A stretch of DNA of 64,000 nucleotides, from the NCBI GenBank assembly GCA_964016885.1, contig OZ024748.1, positions 32,550,001-32,614,000 on the forward strand. Direction: 5' to 3'. Positions 48,001-58,600 of the stretch are shown in pieces. Source of the stretch: Eledone cirrhosa (taxonomy: Eukaryota). A program made the position numbers and the translations under genes. How positions within the stretch are numbered: position 1 is the stretch's first letter; every line of letters begins with the position of its first letter. The notes under the pieces were generated by a model. The model was not told the DNA's origin, did no database searches, and was given only the letters and a program-made list of their open reading frames with translations.

Positions 48001-50593
48001 CTTCTAAACTGGTTATATATTACACACTGCTAAAAGTAATACTATACTTCTAAACTGGTTATATATTTCACACTGCTAAAAGCAATACTATACCTCTAAA
48101 CTGGTTATATATTAGATGCTGCTAAAAGTAATACTATACTTCTAAACTGGTTATATATTACACACTTCTAAAAGTAATACTATACTTCTAAAGTGATTAT
48201 ATATTACACACTGTTAAAATTAATACTATATTTCTAAACTGGTTATATATTACGCACTGCAAAAAGTAATACTATACTTCTGAACTGATTATTTATTACA
48301 TGCCGCTTAAAGTAATACTATACTTCTAAACTGGTTAAATATTGCACACTGGTAAATGTAATACTATACTTCTAAGGAGGTTATATATTAAACACTGCTA
48401 AACGTAATACTAAACTCTAAACTGGTTATATATTACAACCTGCTAAATGTAATACTATACTTCTAAACTGGTTATATATTACACACTACTAAAAGTAATA
48501 CTATACTTCTACACTGGTTATATATTACACACTGCTTAAAGTAATACTATACCTCTAAACTGGTTATATATTACACACTGCTAAACGTAATACTATACTT
48601 CTAAACTAGTTATATATTACATGCTGGTAAAAGTAATACTATACTTCTTAACTGGTTATATATTACACACTACTAAAAGTAATACTATACTTCTAAACTG
48701 GTTATATATTACACACTGCTAAAAGTAATACTATACTTCTAAACTGGTTATATATTACACACAGCTAAAAGTAATACTATACTTCTAAACTGGTTATATA
48801 TTACACACTGCTAAAGGTAATACTATACTTCTAAATTAGGTATATATTACACACTGCTAAATGTAATACTATAACTCTAAACTGGTTATATATTACACAC
48901 TGCTAAATGTAATACTATACCTCTAAACTGGTTATATATTACACACTGCTAAAAGTAATACTATACTTCTAAACTGGTTATATATTACATGCTACTAAAT
49001 GTAATACTATACTTCTAAATTGGTTATATACTACATGCTTCTAAAAGTAATACTATACTTCTAAACTGCTTATATATTACACACTGCTAAAGGTAATACT
49101 GTACTTCTAAACTGGTTATATATTACACACTGTTAAAAGTAATACTGTACTTCTAAACTGGTTATATATTACACACTGCTAAAAGAAATAATTTAACTCT
49201 AAACTGGTTATATATTACACACTGCTAAAAGTAATACTATACTTCTAAACTGGTTATAATTTACACGCTGCTAAAAGTAATACTATACTTCTTAACTAGT
49301 TATATATTACACGCTACTAAAAGTAATACTATACTTCTAAACTGGTTATATATTACACCCTGCTAAAAGTAATACTATACTTCTAAACTGGTTATATATT
49401 ACACACTGCTAAACGTAATACTATACTTCGAAACTGGTTATATATTACACACTGCTAAAAGTAATACTATACTTCTATACTGGTTATATATTACATGCTG
49501 CTAAAAGTGATACTATACTTCTAAATTGGTTATATACTACATGCTTCTAAAAGTAATACTATACTTCTAAACTGGTTATATATTACACACTACTAAAAGT
49601 AATACTATACTTCTAGACTTGTTATATATTACATACTGCTAAAAGTAATACTATACTTCTAAACGGGTTATATACTACATGCTGCTAAAAGTAATACTAT
49701 ACTTCTAAACTGGTTATATATTACATACTGCTAAAAGTAATACTATACTTCTAAACTGGTTATATATTACATGCTACTAAATGTAATACTATACTTCTAA
49801 ATTGGTTATATACTACATGCTTCTAAAAGTAATACTATACTTCTAAACTGGTTATATATTACACACTGCTAAAAGTAACACTATACCTCTAAACTGGTTG
49901 TACATTACATGCTGCTAAAAGTAATACTATACTTCTTAACTGCTTATATATTACACACTACTAAAAGTAATACTATACTTCTAAACTGGTTATATATTAC
50001 ACACTGCTAAAAGTAATACTATACCTCTAAACTGGTTATATATTACACACTGCTAAACGTAATACTATACTTATAAATTTGTTATATATTACACACTGCT
50101 AAAAGTAATACTATAATCCTAAACTGGGTATATATTACACACTGCTAAAAGTAATACTATACCTCTAACCTGGTTATATAATACATGCTGCTAAATGTAA
50201 TACTAGACTTCTAAGCTGGTTATATATTACACACTGCTAAAAGTAATATTATACTTCTAAACTAGTTATATATTACACACTGCTAAAAGTAATACTATAC
50301 TTCTAAACTGGTTATATATTACACACTGCTAAAAGTAATACTATAATTCTAAACTGGTTATATATTACACACTGCTAAAAGAAATACTATACTCCTAAAC
50401 TGGTTATATATTACACACTGCTACAAATAATACTATACCACTAAACTGGTTATATATTACATGCTGTTAAAAATAATACTATACTTCTTAACTGGTTATA
50501 TATTACACACTGCTAAACGTAATACTATACTTCTAAACTCGTTATATATTACACACTGCTAAATGTAATACTATACTTCTTAACTGGTTATAT
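1..50593. repeat. 46-bp AT-rich tandem satellite, main array (about 1,100 monomers; continues off the left edge)
   Basis: GTAATA(C/T)TATACTTCT recurs at 1, 47, 93 and onward. Consensus CTAAACTGGTTATATATTACACACTGCTAAAAGTAATACTATACTT is 12/46 G+C. Single orientation throughout, typically 0-4 substitutions per monomer, rare indels, and no ORFs in the track. Confidence 0.99.
50590..50593. other. 4-bp target-site duplication ATAT (partner at 55623-55626)
   Basis: ggttATAT[element]ATATgttacac. Removing the element and one ATAT restores a normal-length monomer variant, ggttatatgttacac, that is also seen elsewhere in the array. Confidence 0.93.
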
Positions 50594-50819
50594 TTTAGCA
50601 GTATTAGTTGTAGATGTTATCGAGATGCAAGTGACATAATAACAGCAGAAATTAGAGATGAAATATACGTTTATTTTTTGTTGTAGCACAAACAATGGTG
50701 TTGTACAGAGGCTGGTATGTGGCGTGTGATCCGTCGGCTTTCCAGTGGCTGTCTGTCTTTTCTTTCTGGCGTTCTCAACCGGCGTTGTTCTATCAAGGAG
50801 CGTGAGGCGTCTTACTATA
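50594..50819 (-). repeat. 3' LTR (226 bp)
   Basis: Plus strand tttagcagtattag...gcgtcttactata matches 55397-55622 with 5 substitutions counted by eye and no indels. Confidence 0.97.
50670..50675 (-). terminator. Putative polyadenylation signal AATAAA in the 3' LTR
   Basis: Plus strand tttatt = minus AATAAA, about 76 nt before the LTR end. The same hexamer is present in the 5' LTR. Confidence 0.55.
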
Positions 50820-51049
50820 GTACCTCGAGCCAGATTTTCAAATTATTGAAAATCGATGTCATTACTCACATGTGGAGTAAGATGGCGAACAATGCACCAA
50901 GGGGGAGCTATCCGCTCTAGCAAAAATTGAATCCAGAATAAGGATTTGAAAAATGTTAAAAAAAAAAAACGACATGCATGCATAAAAAAAAACAAGGCAA
51001 AGAAAAAGCAGAAACGCAGAGGCCAAAAAAAAGGTGCAGCTAACATAGT

Positions 51050-51274
51050 CTAAATATAGACGGTGCTGCAAAGTTTTTTGGGCCAGTGGACCCTACGACC
51101 TGAACGGGTCGTGGTCTTGTAACGTGGCGATGGTGGTGGTGTAGGGACAGGCGATGATGGTGGATCAGGAACCACAGCGTTCGTATCAAGGTGCGCCTGC
51201 TTAAGCCTGTCTAATGTAACTGTCACCCTGGACCCCTTAATATCTAACGTGAAAGGCTTAGCCGAGCGTGCTAC
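51050..51274 (-). pseudogene. pol: pol: integrase C-terminal fragment, out of frame after a deletion
   Basis: FTLDIKGSRVTVTLDRLKQA and TRSGRRVHWPKKL resemble Gypsy integrase tails. The GPY/F region expected between YGAPL and this piece is absent. Confidence 0.85.
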
Positions 51275-52578
51275 GTCAGAGGGGCACCGTACAGTACTTC
51301 GGCCGGTGAAAATCCGAAGTCGACCTTCACCGTTGACCGAATCCCTAGTAGCACAATAGGGAGGTACTCGCTCCAATGCTCCGAGTCCATTGAGGCCATT
51401 AAGGAGGCCTTCAGTTGGCGGTGAAAACGCTCCACCATACCATTCGAAGCGGGATGGTATGCCGTAGTTCGAATGCGTTTAGCACCAATTATTTTTGACA
51501 GCTCGAGGAAAAGGCTCGACTCGAACTGTCGTCCACGGTCGGTAGTTATTGTGGATGGAACTCCATAATGAGAGATCCATCCAGACACAAGAGCACGTGC
51601 TGTTGTCTCCGCGGTGATGCTTTTCAAGGGGATGGCCTCAGGCCATCTCGAAAAACGGTCAATGACGGTAAGTAGATAAGAAAAACCATCGCTGACAGGC
51701 CAAGGTCCCACTATGTCAATATGAATATGCGAAAAACGCGCATCTGGGTTGGCAAAGGTACCCAGGGGAGCCTTGACGTGTCGATGGACCTTTGATTTCT
51801 GGCAAGCGACGCAGGAACGGCACCAAGCAGCAATTTCACGCCTCATATTTGGCCAGAAAAATCTAGCTGATATGAGCTTTGCTGTGGCAGAAGATCCTGG
51901 ATGCGAGATACAATGTAATCCCAGAAACACGGTCAGACGATGATTCTCTGGAACGAAGGGCCTAGGCACGTCCAAAGAGACGTCGCAGAGAATTTGGCCA
52001 ACTGCAGTCGACAGAGGCAAGTATTTCATCTCGCAATTCACAAACTCGGGCGATGTGACATCCAGTGACTCAAGGGGAGGCTGATCCGCAGCCAAACGAG
52101 TCAGATCTATGTCAGAGGGTGACGAAATCGCTGTCACGGGTAAGCGGGACAAAGCATCGGCCGCTGTATTTAGTGAACCCGGAATGTGCTGGATATCACT
52201 CGTATATTGCGAGATGAAATCAAGGTGTCTCGTCTCTCTGGGCGAGTATTTATCAGCCTTCGCTCTCAAAGCAAAAGTCAATGGTTTATGGTCAGTGAGG
52301 ATAGTAAATTGTCTACCCTCTAGCACATGTGAAAAATGTTTCACGGCCAAATAGATGGCTAAAAGCTCTCTTCCAAAGGTGCTGTAGCGCGTCTCAGCAG
52401 GATTTAGCTTTTTGGAAAAAAACTCCATCGGTTGCTGGTAACCATTGATGTTTTGCTGTAGTGCTGCGCCCACAGCGATATCCAATGCATCAACACAAAG
52501 CGTTAGCTTGTGTTGATGCATTGAGGCCGCGAGTAACCTCCGACAATTTTTCAAAATTTCTGTCAGGGAGAAAAGCAA
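51271..52578 (-). pseudogene. pol: pol: RNase H plus integrase (HHCC and DDE core)
   Basis: RNase H motifs [20 protein letters not shown] and ADALSR. Integrase LHCISHPG...[31 protein letters not shown] and [11 protein letters not shown]. Confidence 0.96.
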
Positions 52579-53240
52579 CTTGGCACAATACGCCTATAAA
52601 AGTTAACCAGACCTAAGAACTGGCGTAACTGATGTAGTATAAGCTGCACGTTATACGCCTTCAATCGGCGGAAAAGAAGATTCAAATGGTGCGTATGCTG
52701 CTCTGGAGAAGAACTAGCAATGAGCAGATCGTCAATATAGGTATAGACGAAATCGAGGCCGCGAGTAACCTCATCCATAAACCGCTGAAAAGTACTAGCG
52801 GCATTCCTTAATCCGAACGGCATAGTCAAAAACTCGAAAGACCCAAATGGCGTAACTATAGCCGTTTTTGGAATGTCATTTTTATGGACAGGAATTTGAT
52901 GGTACGCACGAATTAAATCCAGTTTGGAGAATATCTTGCATCCCTGCAACGAAGACGCAAAGTCTTGCAGATGAGGGATAGGATAACGGTCCGGAACCGT
53001 TATCGAATTCAGGCGTCGATAATCTCCAGTAGGTCTCCAATCGCCATTCGCTTTCGGTACCATGTGCAATGGGGACGCCCACGGGCTCGTGGACGGACGA
53101 ATAATCCCCATTTGCAGCATATGATCAAATTCTGATCGTGCTGCTTTGAGTTTGTCCGGAGGCAAGCGACGAGGGCGAGAGAAAACGGGAGCACCAGTTG
53201 TAGATATGAAGTGCTCCATCGTATGAGTAGGTTCATCAAA
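52563..53240 (-). pseudogene. pol: pol: reverse transcriptase with internal deletion and frameshift
   Basis: Motifs [47 protein letters not shown] and YIDDLLIAS. The usual KC...FLGH segment between YNVQ and QLRQFLG is missing. Confidence 0.96.
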
Positions 53241-53747
53241 TCAAAAATTCCCCTGTGTCAGTTGCGGGAACGAGTTCAACAACGCATGGAAAGGATCACC
53301 GGTGTTAGCAAGAAAAAATATCGGGCTAACCGTTGGAACTCCTGCTGCCTTGCCAACAACAGTTAATCCCGTGATGCCATCAATTAGCCGTTTACCACGA
53401 AGGTCCACCGTCAATGAAAAATGGTGGAGAAAATCCGCGCCTAGAATCGGATACGGCAAGGCAGCGACAGTAAATATCCATTTAAACTCGCGCCGCAGAT
53501 TATGAAACTGCAAAGGTAACGAGATTTGTCCGAAAGTTCGAATCGGCGAACAATTTACTGCCTGCAACTCAATAGGTGTCTCAGGGGGAGTCTCCTTCAT
53601 ACAACACACAGGCCATACGGAACAAGCTGCACCTGTGTCAACCAGAAAAGCTCTACCTGACAGCAGGTCCTCAATGAAAAAGTGGCGGTCAGATGTTGTT
53701 TCGCAGAGCGCACTATCCGCCGTTAGTGACTCTGGTCGTCTTTTCCC
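53241..53747 (-). pseudogene. pol: pol: aspartic protease domain ending in a premature in-frame TGA
   Basis: FLVDTGAACSV catalytic motif and PILGADFL. The TGA at 53243-53241 is in the same frame as the RT ORF, with 7 sense codons before ATG 53219. Confidence 0.93.
53704..53747 (-). promoter_or_regulatory. -1 programmed ribosomal frameshift signal (gag to pol)
   Basis: Slippery heptamer G GGA AAA in the gag frame (53747-53741), a 6-nt spacer, then hairpin CAGAGT-CACTA / ACGGCGGA / TAGTG-C-GCTCTG. A -1 slip enters the protease frame. Confidence 0.85.
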
Positions 53748-54505
53748 TCGTAAGCACAAGGAGGCCTACAACGGGCGGCATTTTTACCATATCTTTCATG
53801 GTAATAACAATATGTTGTCCCTGGTGTGTTGGAAGGGCTACGGTGGCGAGAAGTTGAATAACGTCGTGAGCGGCTCCTCTGCCGTCCAAAGGACCTGAAT
53901 TCCGTGCACAACTCCGCCATTTGACGAGTCATGGCTTCCATAGTGGTGATTAATTTGTCATCAGACGCTGATGAGCGTGATTGAGGAAGAGAAGAGGAAG
54001 CAACGTACTTTGGCTTCGAAGCGTCTCTCTTCGTCACCTCTACAATTTTGTCAGCAGAGACAGCAATGTGATCCAGGGTATTCACCTCTAGCATATGGGC
54101 TAGGATCGCCTGTACCTCTTGAGGTAGGCGAGAGAAGAACAATTGCTTCAGGAAAGGGCTATCCTGATCTTGGGAATCGCTCAAATCCCGCAAATGCCGG
54201 AGAAAAGCGGTAGGGGTCCTGTCACCTAATCGTTCGTCCTCGATCAGTGACCGAAAACGACTCTCTACCGACTTACAATTCCTCCTCAAAATCTCGCCCT
54301 TCAAAAACTCATACGTCAAGTCAGAGGGGGGGGGGGGGTCTGTAATCAGGTCTTGGACCGAATCTGCTAGATTAGGGGGAAGGCTGCTAATCAGTACAGC
54401 GAGGCGCTGGTCAGATTCGGTCTTACACACCGTAAAATACGCCTGTAACTGGGCAAACCACATCTTAGGTTTTCCAGTAAAGGCGGGCAAATGTGGTACA
54501 TTCAT
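53723..54505 (-). CDS. gag: Gag-like protein, 260 aa, open frame
   Basis: N-terminal LPAF..KPKMWFAQLQAYF, central LGDRTPTAFLRHLR and LFFSRLP, an RS-rich tract and a C-terminal CYYHERYGKNAARCRPPC Cys/His knuckle, all typical of invertebrate Gypsy Gag. First ORF after the PBS. Confidence 0.92.
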   Translation of the reverse strand: MNVPHLPAFTGKPKMWFAQLQAYFTVCKTESDQRLAVLISSLPPNLADSVQDLITDPPPPSDLTYEFLKGEILRRNCKSVESRFRSLIEDERLGDRTPTAFLRHLRDLSDSQDQDSPFLKQLFFSRLPQEVQAILAHMLEVNTLDHIAVSADKIVEVTKRDASKPKYVASSSLPQSRSSASDDKLITTMEAMTRQMAELCTEFRSFGRQRSRSRRYSTSRHRSPSNTPGTTYCYYHERYGKNAARCRPPCAYEGKDDQSH

Positions 54506-55382
54506 GTCAACTTTTAAAATTAAAACAAATATATATACCTATATATCGAAAGAGCAATTAATGCACCCTTGTACAGTGAAAAGAGAACAGCCAATATTGA
54601 GAAAAAGTTAAAGGGCAAAAAGAAACAGACATTCAAAACATAAGGAAATATGCAAAATACATAAAATACAGATATATATCTTTAAAAAAAAATTTTTCCT
54701 TCAACGTCTGTCCCCTCGCGTTGCCTCGACGAACCAGCCAAATCAAATAAGGTAAAAAAAAAAGGAAGAAAAAAAATGTTTTTTTTTTTTTAAATATATC
54801 CGCGTTGGATATCAACAAAGGTAGCCAGTGGCTAAAACTCCCTCAGAAAAAGGTAAGGCATGTATATCCCCATGCGGGGCAGTTATGTTCACAAAAAAAA
54901 GTTTAGTCTCTTCTCTCTTGATCAGTCATGGAACACATACGCAATTCAAAAAATGTGTCCGTTACAAAACGGGGAAGGAACGCAACGCCACCTTGGAAAA
55001 ATACACTTTTTTCTTTTTTCTTCTGTAAGTTGCGAAAAAGTTGGCAACGGAAATGGAATATGCAAGTGAATAAAAAAAAAATCGCTCTAAATTATCGACA
55101 CGAATGAATCGTTTTGATATTTCCGATGTGTGGTGGTTTGCGTCGGTAAGGCTATGAAGCTGCCACTCACTATTCCCTGTTTTGGTCAGTGGTTAAACAA
55201 TGTTGTCGCTGATGCTGCTGTCGTTGTTGTTCTTGAGTGTAGCAAAAAGTTTATGAAATACTACTAATTTTTCGATAATTTTAAAAGGATTATTTTTTAT
55301 TTTCGCAAGATGCGAAAAAAAGGGCCGACAATGTGGCAATAAAAGGTCAATTGATGAAAAAGAAGGGCTGCGTTAAATTCTT

Positions 55383-55395
55383 ACGTCGGTCACCA
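55383..55395 (-). promoter_or_regulatory. Primer-binding site, tRNA-Trp type, 2 nt shorter than canonical
   Basis: Minus strand TGGTGACCGACGT lies 1 nt after the 5' LTR. The canonical tRNA-Trp PBS is TGGTGACCCCGACGT. Confidence 0.85.
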
Positions 55396-55396
55396 C

Positions 55397-55622
55397 TTTA
55401 GCAGTATTAGTTGTAGATGTTATCGAGATGCAAATGACATAATAACAGCAGAAATTAGAGATGAAATATACGTTTATTTTTTGTTGTAGAACAAACAATG
55501 GTGTTGTACAGAGGCTGGTATCTGGTGTGTGATCCGTCGGCTTTCCAGTGGCTGTCTGTCTTTTCTTTCTGGCGTTCTCAACCGGCGTTGTTCTATCAAG
55601 GAGCGTGAGGCGTCTTACTACA
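55397..55622 (-). repeat. 5' LTR (226 bp)
   Basis: Minus strand begins TGTAGTAAG and ends TACTGCTAAA, followed after 1 nt by the PBS. Confidence 0.97.
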
Positions 55623-58600
55623 ATATGTTACACACTGCTAAAAGTAATACTATACTTCTAAACTGGTTATATATTACACACTGCTAAAAGTAATGCTATA
55701 CCGCTAAACTGGTTATATATTACATGCTGCTAAAAGTAATACTATACTTATAAACTTGTTATATATTAAACACTGCTAAAAGTAATACTATAATCCTAAA
55801 CTGGTTATATATTACACACTGCTAAATGTAATACTATACCTCTCAACTGGTTATATATTACACAGTTAAAAGTAATACTATATTTCTAAACTGGTTATAT
55901 ATTACACACTGCTAAAAGTAATACTATACTTCTAAACTCGTTATATATTACACACTGTTAAAAGTAATACGATACCTATAAACTGGTTAGATATTACATG
56001 CTGCTAAAATTAATACTATACCTCTAAACTGGTTATATGTTACATGCTGCTAAAAGAAATACTTTACTTATAAACTTGTTATATATTACACACTACTAAA
56101 AGTAATACTATTATCATAAACTGGTTATATATTACACACTGCTAAAAGTAATACTATACCTCTAAACTGGTTATATATTACATGCTGCTAAAATTAATAC
56201 TATACTTCTAAACTCGTTATATATTACACACTACTAAAAGTAATACTATACTTCTAAACTAGTTATATATTACACACTGCTAAAAGTAATACTATATTTC
56301 TAAACTGGATTATATATTACATGCTGCTAAATGTAATAATACTATACTTCTATAATTGTTAAATATTACACACTGCTAAAATAATACTATACCTCTGAAA
56401 TGGTTATATATTACAAACTGCTAAAAGTAATAATATACTTCTAAGCTGGTTATATATTACACACTGCTAAAACTAATACTATACTCCTAAACTGGTTATA
56501 TATTACACACTGCTAAAAGTAATACTATACCTCTAAACTGGTTATATAATACATGCTGCTAAATGTAATACTATACTTCTTAACTGGTTATATATTACAT
56601 ACTGCTAAAAGCAATACTATACTTCTAAACTGGTTATATAATACAAAATGGTAAAAGTAATGCTGTAACTCTAAACTGGTTATATATTACACACTGCTAA
56701 ACGTAATACTATACTTCTAAACTGGTTATATATTACACACTACTAAAAGTAATACTATACTTCTTAACTAGTTATATGTTACACACTGCTAAAAGTAATA
56801 CTATAATCCTAAACTGGTTATATATTACACACTGCTAAAAGTAATACTATACCTCAAAACTGGTTATATATTACACACTGTTACAAGTAATACTATATTT
56901 CTAAACTGGTTATATATTACACACTGCTAAAAGTAATACTATAATTCTAAACTAGTTATACATTACATGCTGCTAAAAGTAATACTATACTTCTAAACTC
57001 GTTATATATTACACACTGCTAAATGTAACACTATACTTCTAAACTGGTTATATATTACACACTGCTAAAAGTAATACTATAATTCTAAACTAGTTATACA
57101 TTACATGCTGCTAAAAGTAATACTATACTTCTAAACTGGTTATATATTACACACTGCTAAAAGTAATACTATACTTCTAAACTGGTTATATATTACAGAC
57201 TGCCAAAAGTAATACTATTTTTCTAAACTGTTTATAAATCACACACTGCTAAAGTAATACTATACTTCTAAGCTAGTTATATATTACACACTATTAAAAG
57301 TAATACTATATTTCTAAACTGGTTATATATTACACACTGCTAAAAGAAATACTATGCTTCTAAACTAGTTATACATTACATGCTGCTAAAAGTAATACTA
57401 TACTTCTAAACTCGTTATATATTACACACTACTAAAAGTAATACAATACCTCTAAACTGGTTATATATTACATGCTGCTAAAAGTAATACTATATCTCTA
57501 ACCTGGTTAAACGTTACATGCTCCTAAAAGTAATACTATACTTCTAAACTAGTTATAGATTACACACTGCTAAAAGTAATAATATACTTCTAAACTAGTT
57601 ATATATTACACACTGCTAAAAGTATTACTATACTTCTAAACTGGATTATATATTACATGCTGCTAAATGTAATAATACTATACTTCTATACTTGTTATAT
57701 ATTACACACTGCTAAAAGTAATACTATACCTCTGAAATGGTTATATATTACACACTGCTAAAAGTAATACTAGACTTCTAAGCTGGTTATATATTACACA
57801 CTGCTAAAAGTAATACTATACCTCTAAACTGGTTATATATTACATGCTGCTAAAAGTAATACTATACTTCTAACCTCGTTATATATTAAAACACTGCTAA
57901 AAGTAATATGATACCTCCAAACTGGTTATATATTACACACTGCTAAATGTAATACTATACTTCTTAACTAGTTATACATTACATACTGCTAAAAGTAATA
58001 CTATACTTCTAAGCTAGTTATATATTACACACTATTAAAAGTAATATTATACTTCTAAACAAGTTATATATTACACACTGCTAAAACTAATACTATACTC
58101 CTAAACTAGTTATATATTACACACTGCTAAAAGTAATACTATACCGCTAAACTGGGTATATATTACATGCTGCTAAAAGTAATACTATACTTATAAACTT
58201 GTTATATATTAAACACTGCTAAAAGTAATACTATACCTCTAAACTGGTTATATGTTACACACTGCTAAATGTAATACTATACTTCTTAACTAGTTATACA
58301 TTACATACTGCTAAAAGTAATACTATACTTCTAAACTCGTTATATATTACACACTGCTAAAAGTAATACGATACCTAAAAACTGGTTATATATTACATGC
58401 TGCTAAAAGTAATACTATACCTCTAAACTGGTTATATATTATATGCTGCTAAAAGTAATACTTTACTTATAAAATTGTTATATATTACACACTACTAAAA
58501 GTAATACTATAATCATAAACTGGTTATATATTACACACTGCTAAATGTAATACTATACTTCTTAACTGGTTATATATTACATACTGCTAAAAGCAATATT

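Larger units (their letters stand above)
50594..55622 (-). mobile_element. Ty3/Gypsy LTR retrotransposon with both LTRs and a defective pol, inserted in the satellite
   Basis: Two 226-bp direct repeats, ATAT duplication on both sides, PBS, and domain order gag-PR-RT-RNaseH-IN (Gypsy order) on the minus strand. Confidence 0.98.

Noticed and set aside
1-50593. Repeat-encoded protein
   Set aside because: 46 is not a multiple of 3, stop codons are frequent, and the ORF track lists nothing here.
50717-51071. Short ORFs over the 3' LTR/UTR (possible env or accessory gene)
   Set aside because: 67-69 aa products of A/T homopolymer runs; the Phe-rich hydrophobicity is compositional.
52632-52644. Satellite-derived filler at the RT deletion (minus GCTTATACTACAT vs satellite variant GCTTATATACTACAT)
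   Set aside because: Short, AT-rich and needs a gap; most bases fit the native reading frame. It cannot be supported without an intact copy.
53241-53243. Programmed stop-codon readthrough between protease and RT
   Set aside because: Not a usual recoding position in Gypsy pol, and a nonsense mutation is simpler given the other lesions.
51749-54213. Antisense and alternate-frame ORFs within gag-pol
   Set aside because: Shadow frames of a coding region, all short and without motifs.
54633-55069. Short ORFs in the 5' leader
   Set aside because: Low-complexity poly-A/T translations with no recognisable motif.
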